Origin: a virus
Lineage: Duplodnaviria; Caudoviricetes
Reading direction: 5' to 3' (one strand)
Virus record (IMG/VR): IMGVR_UViG_3300042924_004594
Location: 1 to 58,224 of that record
Length of the DNA stretch: 58,224 nucleotides
Shown here: positions 28,585 through 35,846 of the stretch, piece by piece
Layout: each line of letters opens with the position of its first letter
Numbering within the stretch: the stretch's first letter is position 1
Made by a program: the position numbers and the translations under genes
Notes under the pieces: generated by a model
Databases searched by the model: none
What the model was told of the DNA's origin: nothing
The model's input: the letters and a program-made list of their open reading frames with translations, nothing else

Positions 28585-28916
28585 GACAGGATGGCTGCCA
28601 GTAGCAGAACTGAGAACACGGCTGCAAAAACAAACAGCCTTGTCCGTGGTCCCGATTCCTTCCAGTCATCGCTGAGCGCACCTCGGTCGACGTATTGATC
28701 CAGTATCTTCCAGTCTAATTGCAGCACCGTCCAAGCCATGAACGTGCAGAAAAGAAAACGAACTGCCCCAAAAGCCAGGACGTGCAGAGAGCCTAGATCC
28801 ACTGTACCGGCTGTCGTGTCAAAGCCTTGGAGGATTGGGCCTAAAAAGAAAAAGATGATAGTGGCTGTAGCAATAGCCAAAAGCCCCTGAAAGTTTGAAA
28901 AGAGCCAGTGTTTCAC
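28575..28916 (-). CDS. putative holin
   Basis: 113 aa, three hydrophobic segments, adjacent to the endolysin. Confidence 0.55.
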   Translation of the reverse strand: MKHWLFSNFQGLLAIATATIIFFFLGPILQGFDTTAGTVDLGSLHVLAFGAVRFLFCTFMAWTVLQLDWKILDQYVDRGALSDDWKESGPRTRLFVFAAVFSVLLLAAILSCR

Positions 28917-29296
28917 CAGGGAATTCCAATAAACTTACGAACTACCCAAAGAATGGGACCACGTGCGGCAAATAGGATTGCGGCAATCAAAGCTCCTCTC
29001 CACATCCAAAGCTCACCTAGGGCTTTACGCTGTTTAGATTTCCAGATCTCGGCGTCTTTAACCGCCTCGTTACGCTCTTTGACTGCTTCCTCAAGAGCCT
29101 CGGTATTGACGAAGCAAGCCTGCTTGGCCGACTCTAATTGTTTTTTAGCCTCTTCGATATGGACTTTAGCCTCAGGATTGGCAACAGCAGAGGCCGCGTC
29201 TAATCGGGCTTCTGTGGTAGCGAAGTTAGGCAAACGCTTGGGGGATACGGTAGAACAACCCGTAAAAAGCAACGCAACCACTAGTAGGGTCGGCAT
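28913..29296 (-). CDS. putative spanin (lipoprotein with C-terminal transmembrane segment)
   Basis: MPTLLVVALLFTG-C lipobox, coiled-coil middle, C-terminal hydrophobic GALIAAILFAARGPILWVV. Confidence 0.6.
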   Translation of the reverse strand: MPTLLVVALLFTGCSTVSPKRLPNFATTEARLDAASAVANPEAKVHIEEAKKQLESAKQACFVNTEALEEAVKERNEAVKDAEIWKSKQRKALGELWMWRGALIAAILFAARGPILWVVRKFIGIPW

Positions 29297-29303
29297 ATGT
29301 GAT

Positions 29304-29334
29304 AGTATCAATTACTTCCTTGCTTCTGTCAATA
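29304..29334 (-). promoter_or_regulatory. sigma70-like promoter, copy of the phage motif
   Basis: TTGACA-17-GATACT ending 7 nt before the ATG at 29296. Confidence 0.6.
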
Positions 29335-29335
29335 A

Positions 29336-29542
29336 TTAACGGCCGTTGAGCTTTTCCCAGAACCATTGCCCAAACATCGTGAGCCCTAGGGTAAGCGTAG
29401 CGACGATCCCGTATCCCCTGTTGATGTGACCTTCAACTCTGTGGATACGCCCGTCGTGGCCGGTAAGTAAATCTATTGTGGAGTCGACTTTAGTCTCGAT
29501 ACGAGCCAAACGCTCCCTGATCTCGGATTGGTCTTCGTTCAT
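29336..29542 (-). CDS. small coiled-coil membrane protein (XhlA/holin-like)
   Basis: IRERLARIETKVD...RIHRVE followed by one transmembrane segment. Confidence 0.55.
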   Translation of the reverse strand: MNEDQSEIRERLARIETKVDSTIDLLTGHDGRIHRVEGHINRGYGIVATLTLGLTMFGQWFWEKLNGR

Positions 29543-29823
29543 TTGAGCTTCGCAATAACTGGCCGTAGCCGGTCGCAAATTGCGTCTCCGTTTAGCCCGA
29601 GCAAATGCCAGAGCTCATTCTTCTTGTTGAAAAACCAGGCAAAGTGTTGCTTGGTCATCAAATCCTCTGGGTACGCAGATCGGGTGCCGTATTTCTGAGC
29701 ATATTTCAAATCCCAAACAGCCTGCTCAACGATAGCCAGGCCGAGGTCTTTGATTAAATGCTCAGGACATCCCGGTCTCGATTGAGTCGACGAAGTTGCC
29801 TTCTTGGGCTTGCGGGTTTTCAT
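29539..29823 (-). CDS. hypothetical protein (start uncertain)
   Basis: LAIVEQAVWDL segment looks coding; stop overlaps the next ATG; nearest in-frame ATG lies inside the upstream gene. Confidence 0.4.
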   Translation of the reverse strand: MKTRKPKKATSSTQSRPGCPEHLIKDLGLAIVEQAVWDLKYAQKYGTRSAYPEDLMTKQHFAWFFNKKNELWHLLGLNGDAICDRLRPVIAKLK

Positions 29824-30004
29824 TCGAGGCCATTTCGTCCATGGGAGCTTCTTCTTTTTGCTCGCCGACGGGATTACCTTCGACGGAAGAAACAACGAGC
29901 ATATCGCCTTTGATATAGCCACCGGCCATGAACTCAAACGTCTCACCTTCTTTAACTCCATCTGGGAGCGTAAAACCTTGCGGAATTGGAAACTCTACTT
30001 TCAT
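29762..30004 (-). CDS. small acidic protein, paralogue of 30001..30342
   Basis: PIPQGFTLPDGVKEGETFEFMAGGYIKGDMLVVSSVEGNPV aligns with the neighbouring gene. Confidence 0.7.
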   Translation of the reverse strand: MKVEFPIPQGFTLPDGVKEGETFEFMAGGYIKGDMLVVSSVEGNPVGEQKEEAPMDEMASNENPQAQEGNFVDSIETGMS

Positions 30005-30342
30005 AGTTCAAAACCTTTCTCAACGGAATCTACGAACGCCATGCGTTCCCTTTCCTTGTCTTCTTCACTTTCAACTCCTGGATTAGGAACTGGGAGACCT
30101 TCCAATTTGGTTACAACAAGCTCTTCCCCGTCGATGATGCCTGAAGCTACGAAATCAAACTCAGCTCTCGGTTTGACGGAGGTGGGGGCTGAAAACCCAA
30201 TAGGAAGTGGAATACGTATTCCGGAAACCTTATCTGTGCTCTTAGGTTCACCAGCAGCTTTGGCAGTCTTTGAGTCCTCAGCCTTTGCTTTAGCCTCAAC
30301 CTTGCCCTTGCCAGAAGGGAGAACCAGGAGGATAGATTCCAT
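30001..30342 (-). CDS. small protein, paralogue of 29762..30004
   Basis: PLPIGFSAPTSVKPRAEFDFVASGIIDGEELVVTKLEGLPV; start placed at the ATG after the terminator hairpin. Confidence 0.7.
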   Translation of the reverse strand: MESILLVLPSGKGKVEAKAKAEDSKTAKAAGEPKSTDKVSGIRIPLPIGFSAPTSVKPRAEFDFVASGIIDGEELVVTKLEGLPVPNPGVESEEDKERERMAFVDSVEKGFEL

Positions 30343-30344
30343 TT

Positions 30345-30386
30345 TATAAAAAGTGACTGCCTCAGGGGGATTGAACCCCTGAGGCA
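30345..30386 (-). terminator. intrinsic terminator after the major capsid gene
   Basis: Inverted repeat TGCCTCAGGGG / CCCCTGAGGCA (30358-30386) followed on the minus strand by GTCACTTTTT. Confidence 0.7.
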
Positions 30387-30400
30387 ATCGTTCGAATCAA

Positions 30401-31903
30401 TTAGGCAACCCAGAGGAGGTCAGCCTCGCCACGTTTGTGACGAATGACATAACCCCATTCAGGGCGAACCGGCTTGGAACCGTTAGCGAACGTCGCGCGG
30501 AAGAAACCAACTCCGCCGTCAGGATTAGAATCCCGATCGGGAATGTTCTTCCATTTGAAGTCACCGCGGTAGCCTTGAGCATCAAAGCCCATCTGTCCCA
30601 TCGAGCCGAGAGGCTTCGGAACAACGGAGTGATAAACTTCGTTGACCAAGATGATGGAATCTTCGTAAGCCGCCGAGAGGTAGCTTGCGTTGATGTCGTA
30701 TTTGTTGCCCTTGGTGGCCGAGGTGCGAGCAAACGGGAACACGCGCTTCCATGCGAAGAGCTTGTCCGTTGAAGTCGCGCCTGAAACAGCGGCAGCGATT
30801 GTCACCACAGTGGCAGTCACAGCTGTAACAGTGCTGGCAGACGAGCGAACAGTCGCTTCGTCGTTACTCGTAACCACAACCACGTCGCCAACTTCTAAAC
30901 CGCCGTTGCTGGCAACCGTGTATGCTCCGGACGAATGCGCAGTAGCCGTGAGGGCAACGCGGTTGTACCGGGGAGGATACGGATCAATGATGTGGTAGAA
31001 GCCACCGTAAGACCGTTCCACACCGAGAGGAGCAAGAAGCTCATTCGGCTTGGTGGAGTAACGGAAGTCGCTACGGATGTCGCTGTTGAGCTTGATGATG
31101 TCGTCGCTGGTCTCAGCGCTGGTGATCAAGTTGAACACAGGGGCTCCGTTTTCCTTGCCTTGAGCGGCCGAACCGGCGCCGTCACGCAGCAACCGCATGT
31201 AAACCCGACGCAGGATTCCCTGAGTCAGTTTGCTGGTCGCATTAACCACGGGGCTAAAGGAAGAAAGATCGCTCGACACAGTCGCATAGTTCAACGAGGC
31301 AGAAGCCGCGTCGGCACCGGTCGGGGTGATCTTGTTCTGAGCCAACCGGACGTATTCGTCCTGGTAGCGAGTCGTCCAGACCAAAGCGGTTTGCTCGGTC
31401 AGGATGTTCATGATCTGGGTCAGCTGTTCTTTGCGACGCACGGGGAAGCGCAAATCTTCGAGCGAAATGTTCGGAGATTCGAGCGCAACACGACGAAGGT
31501 CGTAGGTGCGGAGGGTCTGCGCAAATTCAACGTTAGCGAACTTAGGCAAGCTGACGTTGTTGTTTGCTGCTGTCGAAGCGGTAGCTGCGCCAGCAGGAGT
31601 TTGCGTATACGCATTGAAGTTGAGATAATTCGCATCCGTGGGGTTAGACCCGAGGATCGCCGAGGAACCCTGCCAAACCGACTGAAGATCGAAATCATTC
31701 TGCCGTCCGTTACGGGCCGCCTGGGGGATAGAACGCTCGTAGGTCAGCACGCTGACCCGATCGCCCATCTCTTCGGGGAAAGTATCTTGTTTAATTAGTT
31801 TGAGCCAAACGTTGTTGTCGACCGTTTTGCGGTAGATCTCTGGCCCAATTCGCCCAGCTTCTTTTACAAGGAGCTGCTCGATATCTGTGTATGCAGTAGC
31901 CAT
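30401..31903 (-). CDS. major capsid protein
   Basis: 500 aa; strong AAGGAG RBS, own promoter and terminator, strong codon bias; downstream of portal and scaffold. Confidence 0.75.
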   Translation of the reverse strand: MATAYTDIEQLLVKEAGRIGPEIYRKTVDNNVWLKLIKQDTFPEEMGDRVSVLTYERSIPQAARNGRQNDFDLQSVWQGSSAILGSNPTDANYLNFNAYTQTPAGAATASTAANNNVSLPKFANVEFAQTLRTYDLRRVALESPNISLEDLRFPVRRKEQLTQIMNILTEQTALVWTTRYQDEYVRLAQNKITPTGADAASASLNYATVSSDLSSFSPVVNATSKLTQGILRRVYMRLLRDGAGSAAQGKENGAPVFNLITSAETSDDIIKLNSDIRSDFRYSTKPNELLAPLGVERSYGGFYHIIDPYPPRYNRVALTATAHSSGAYTVASNGGLEVGDVVVVTSNDEATVRSSASTVTAVTATVVTIAAAVSGATSTDKLFAWKRVFPFARTSATKGNKYDINASYLSAAYEDSIILVNEVYHSVVPKPLGSMGQMGFDAQGYRGDFKWKNIPDRDSNPDGGVGFFRATFANGSKPVRPEWGYVIRHKRGEADLLWVA

Positions 31904-32095
31904 ATTAGTGTTCTCCTTTCAGAGAGAAAAAGTAAGAGTTTAAAAACAAGAGGAGAAACCAACACGGTTTCCCGTAGTTTTCAAAATTGGATCTCCCGGC
32001 GGCATCCCGAGACTTTTATTGCCCGTGTGACCTCTTCCATTTTTATAGGTCGTGCCCTCAAAACCCGCTTCCGTTTTTATAGGATCTCTAAGGCA
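31904..32095 (-). promoter_or_regulatory. structured 5' leader of the capsid mRNA
   Basis: ~190 nt non-coding; several hairpins and a 16-nt near-perfect direct repeat. Confidence 0.5.
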
Positions 32096-32101
32096 GATGA
32101 G

Positions 32102-32132
32102 AGTATGCGCTACTGACTAGCGTCTGTCAATA
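32102..32132 (-). promoter_or_regulatory. sigma70-like promoter of the capsid gene
   Basis: TTGACA-17-CATACT; TATTGAC-AGACGCT-AGTCAGTA. Confidence 0.75.
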
Positions 32133-32141
32133 CCTAAAGGT

Positions 32142-32465
32142 TTAGGAGGCGGTGATGGTGAGCCCGTTGCCCCAATTTATCGGCATAATCAAAGCACTAG
32201 ATTCTGGTGCGTAAACCCAATTATATGAGTTATCTCCGTTGTCCCAAACCCCAGCCCAAGCACCTATGCCCGCCTCATAATAAATAGACAAAATTCCATT
32301 GTATCCAAAAAGTGTTTCGTTTTGTTTTCCGTAGAATCCGTCACCATCACCAGAACCAAAGAATGCAGAATATGTCGGGCCAGAACCAGACATAATCACA
32401 TATGCAGTATTAGCCACAACAATCCCGCTGGGCGCGGGAGGTTTAACGAATAATAGGACGGCCAT
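32142..32465 (-). CDS. small beta-rich protein, related at both ends to 56718..57089
   Basis: APSGIVVANT near the N-terminus and MPINWGNGLTITAS at the C-terminus. Confidence 0.55.
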   Translation of the reverse strand: MAVLLFVKPPAPSGIVVANTAYVIMSGSGPTYSAFFGSGDGDGFYGKQNETLFGYNGILSIYYEAGIGAWAGVWDNGDNSYNWVYAPESSALIMPINWGNGLTITAS

Positions 32466-32470
32466 ATGTT

Positions 32471-35116
32471 TTAGTTAGGTAGCGTTATCCCCTCGCCCAG
32501 AGTGTCACGATAGATCCGATAGACGGTTGCCCGGTTCGTATCACTTAAGTATGAGTTCCAAACGGCAGCGAAAGGTATAACCCCGTTAAAGAAGAAATTA
32601 GAGTTACTTGCAGACCCAATTGAAACACCTGCTGTGCCGGAAGACATTGTTCCAGAGGTTGTTGTTGTTTGAGTAGGATTGCTATACCACTGCCCTGGCT
32701 GAGCGTTTGTAAGACCCGCACTATTGCGAAGAACGATTGACCTAAAAGCTCCAGCGACAGGGGTACCAACAAATATACTTCGAGCGGTAGTATTCCAGAC
32801 CTGACTCAGATATGAGCTCCCGTCCGAAACGTGGTTAAACTGTCGGTTCGAGCCCTGATCGTCTTTAGCCAGGGTAACCTGAAAACCCGTGGTTATGGTT
32901 TGTTTAAAGATACTCATAGAGGTGTGATCACTCGTAATTGAAGTAAGAGCTGTTGAGACTCGACCCGTAGATCCGTTAAAGGTTATGCCTTCGCTACCCC
33001 AAGTAGCCCCTGCGGTCATAGTACCGTTAAATGTCCCACCTCCCCCAAGGCTATACACGGTCGAACCTGTTCCAGCGTTTTGCGAGCTTCGCATCGGCCA
33101 ACAGACCATAGTAGACCAGGCACCTAGAGCCTTAACCCCAACAACAAAGTCATTAATCTGGCGACGTGCTGTAAGATCTGTAATCCCCGTGTTTGTGAAA
33201 TAGGTTAAGGCGTCTGCGTCGTAGCTCGGGATATAATTTAAGTTAAAGTCGGTAGCCATGACCTCAAAGTTATTAATGAAACTTGGGTAGGAAATATACA
33301 TCCTGATTCTTGGGTCGAAGATGAAGATCAACGAATTCACGACGTGTGAAGCAGCGGTAGTACCAGCATGCCCCCTTGTAACAGTAAAAACGTTTCCAAC
33401 AGTATTGGTGATCAGCATCTGCTCGCTGTCGATTCTAATTATACTCCCCGCAACTGGGATCGGAGAGGGAGTAGCAGTAAAAGATACTGCGAAAGAGGTT
33501 TGTGAAGCGTTTATGGCTGGCGCGGTAGCGTTAAGCACTTGAGTGAAATGCAAGCCCGTGGTGGGGTAAGTAGCAGAACAAAGCTTCCGATAAGTCTTAT
33601 ACCCCAGCCCTATGTTTCGAGTGATTGTTCCACCACCCAACGTAAAAGAATTTGGAGAAGTTGGAAACGTTAAATTTCTTTTGGTGAAACCATCGTGAAT
33701 CCGATACTGAAGAGACAGTAGAAAACTCTGGAATTGAGCCGAGGTTAAGCTGGATGTTATTGAAGAAGGGAAAAGACTGTACTCTTCGTCCTCGCACCAC
33801 ATATCGAGTGTAAACGACCCGTAGGCATTTGCCGGGTCGTTGCAATGAGCGGATAAAGAGTCGTTCACCCCGAAATAGACTTTCGGGGGAAGTGTTTCGG
33901 TGGAAGTTCTGTTTTTAGCAGTTCTTAAGCGACACCGATCTGGGAACGGGGCGAACTTATTTAAGACTCTTTGAGGACCTGCTATCTGTTTGTCTAAGGT
34001 CTGGTGAAAACTAATTAGTTTTTCGGCTCGTCTAAACCCGAAGTTAGTATCTTTTTGAAAAACAAAGAAAAAGAAAGGGGTTGAGCCTGCGCCTTCGTTG
34101 GGGTTGATTGAGTTGGCTTTTAAGGCATGACATCGTACTTGAGTAGTAGCTGGGATGCCTAACGACGCATCAATTAAGAAACCAGAGCTCGGAGACTGCG
34201 TCGGTGCGTATGGGTTGCGGGAGTAACCCGCGGTACCAGACTCGTTCGTTAGTGGCTGTAATTGCCCGTCGAACTGCCTAACGCTAGGGACTGTAGCCGT
34301 GCCCTGCTGTCCAAGTCTATAATGAGAGTTATAGTTGTAGCAATTAACAGTATTTCCAGTGACTGCGTTATTACTAAGATTATTTGCGTCTAATATGGAA
34401 TAAGTATAAGAAGAGGTTGGGTCAAAAACAACAAATAGCGGATAGTCAAAATACATAGGGCCGTTTGAGATAATTCCCAATCGCATACCCCTAGTTGTCG
34501 GGGCATTAAACCTAAAACGCTGTGTGTAGTACTGATTAGTAGGGCTATGCAAAGAGCCTGAGCCCGCTGTAGAGGATTCAAATATCATAGTGCTATAAGA
34601 ACCAGAGCCGTGACTAAAAGTAAATGGAACAGAACCAGTTGACGGACCGCTTCCAGAAGAAGTTCCAGTTGAAAAATCAATCGGTTCATCCCACAACCCG
34701 CCCCAAACAAAGCCGGGGTCTTCCCCGCTTACATAGCTCGTATTACCGAATTGCCCAATAGTTGGCGTATTCCCAAGAAGTTGAGATCGTAACGTGGCTG
34801 TTCCATTTTCCCAGATATGCGGTCCGTTGATTGTCTGGGTCTGCCCAGCTGCAGCGAACCCAGTCATTGTTAAATTCATAACACCCTTTAAATCGTAGAA
34901 TACTCCGGTAGTAGCTCCAACAGGCACTCCACTATGTTCAGGCAAATAGAGCCAGCCGTGAGCGCAAGTAGACCAAATCCCCAGCTCCTTCATGTTCAAA
35001 ATGAGGGCGTTGACTTGAGTTTTACCCAATTCGCTTAACGGAGTGCCAACCTTGTTGAAATAGGTTACGGCATCCGCATCGTAAACTACGGGTTTAAATA
35101 GTGGGAGGGAGGGCAT
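32471..35116 (-). CDS. virion fibre / lectin-like protein with duplicated domain
   Basis: YDADA.TYF...Q.N......K.LG.WST occurs twice; C-terminal region resembles a LamG/ConA-like fold (FFNGVIPFAAVWNSYLSD). Confidence 0.6.
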   Translation of the reverse strand: MPSLPLFKPVVYDADAVTYFNKVGTPLSELGKTQVNALILNMKELGIWSTCAHGWLYLPEHSGVPVGATTGVFYDLKGVMNLTMTGFAAAGQTQTINGPHIWENGTATLRSQLLGNTPTIGQFGNTSYVSGEDPGFVWGGLWDEPIDFSTGTSSGSGPSTGSVPFTFSHGSGSYSTMIFESSTAGSGSLHSPTNQYYTQRFRFNAPTTRGMRLGIISNGPMYFDYPLFVVFDPTSSYTYSILDANNLSNNAVTGNTVNCYNYNSHYRLGQQGTATVPSVRQFDGQLQPLTNESGTAGYSRNPYAPTQSPSSGFLIDASLGIPATTQVRCHALKANSINPNEGAGSTPFFFFVFQKDTNFGFRRAEKLISFHQTLDKQIAGPQRVLNKFAPFPDRCRLRTAKNRTSTETLPPKVYFGVNDSLSAHCNDPANAYGSFTLDMWCEDEEYSLFPSSITSSLTSAQFQSFLLSLQYRIHDGFTKRNLTFPTSPNSFTLGGGTITRNIGLGYKTYRKLCSATYPTTGLHFTQVLNATAPAINASQTSFAVSFTATPSPIPVAGSIIRIDSEQMLITNTVGNVFTVTRGHAGTTAASHVVNSLIFIFDPRIRMYISYPSFINNFEVMATDFNLNYIPSYDADALTYFTNTGITDLTARRQINDFVVGVKALGAWSTMVCWPMRSSQNAGTGSTVYSLGGGGTFNGTMTAGATWGSEGITFNGSTGRVSTALTSITSDHTSMSIFKQTITTGFQVTLAKDDQGSNRQFNHVSDGSSYLSQVWNTTARSIFVGTPVAGAFRSIVLRNSAGLTNAQPGQWYSNPTQTTTTSGTMSSGTAGVSIGSASNSNFFFNGVIPFAAVWNSYLSDTNRATVYRIYRDTLGEGITLPN

Positions 35117-35120
35117 TTTA

Positions 35121-35837
35121 CTAAGTCCTAATAGTCTCTTGCATTAGGTACATGTAATCTATGTAAAGGGTGAACCTCGATGTCCCAGAAATCCAAGATG
35201 TATTGTTTGTGGCGTGAAATCTCTCTCCGTTATTTGTCGTGCTCGGAATGTTTGTAGTATGTGTGGCGACTACTACATCATTTATATAAAAGGTAACAGA
35301 AGTTGTAGTTGCGTATATTTTAAGCTTTTGCCACCCAGAAGTAGAGGGAGCGATTCCGCTTGAGGTTGTAGTAGATGTAGAAGCAGCTCTTGTTACGCAA
35401 TTTATTACAGAAGATTCACCGCATTTAAAATATATCCCGTAAGCTGGGTCAGTAGGGTATGCTAAATTGTTTGAAGGGAGTAAACCCATTAATATATTCG
35501 CAGAAGACGCTGGGCTTGGGTACTCATTAAAGTTAACAGTTGTCTCAAACGTAATAGGACCGCCCCATAAGTTTACTGTTATATTACTAAAGGAGAAACC
35601 GATTGCACCGTAAGCACCAGCCGCCGAATTACTACCAGTATGCAATCTGTAAATACCGCTTCTATAACCAAAACTTACATCAGAAGGCCAAACATTAACA
35701 TTACCGGCGCCGCCTGAATTGGACGTGCACAAATTTGGGCTGGCAATAAAGTCTTCAAAGAATTCTGTTTGCCTGTAACTTACATTATAGCGAGGGCTAT
35801 TTGTGGTCTGAACTAGATTCCCTTTGTAGATAGGCAT
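35121..35837 (-). CDS. lectin-like beta-sandwich virion protein
   Basis: FFEDF...WQKLKI...VTFYINDVVVATHTTNIP...LYIDY pattern. Confidence 0.55.
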   Translation of the reverse strand: MPIYKGNLVQTTNSPRYNVSYRQTEFFEDFIASPNLCTSNSGGAGNVNVWPSDVSFGYRSGIYRLHTGSNSAAGAYGAIGFSFSNITVNLWGGPITFETTVNFNEYPSPASSANILMGLLPSNNLAYPTDPAYGIYFKCGESSVINCVTRAASTSTTTSSGIAPSTSGWQKLKIYATTTSVTFYINDVVVATHTTNIPSTTNNGERFHATNNTSWISGTSRFTLYIDYMYLMQETIRT

Positions 35838-35846
35838 CGCCTGCTC

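Noticed and set aside
30343-30387. N-terminal extension MPQGFNPPEAVTFYK of the ORF at 30001
   Set aside because: Coincides with the terminator hairpin; the ATG at 30342 is more plausible
30935-31798. 287-aa plus-strand ORF opposite the capsid gene
   Set aside because: Antisense shadow of a codon-biased gene; no RBS or protein-like features. The same applies to the other antisense ORFs in the track
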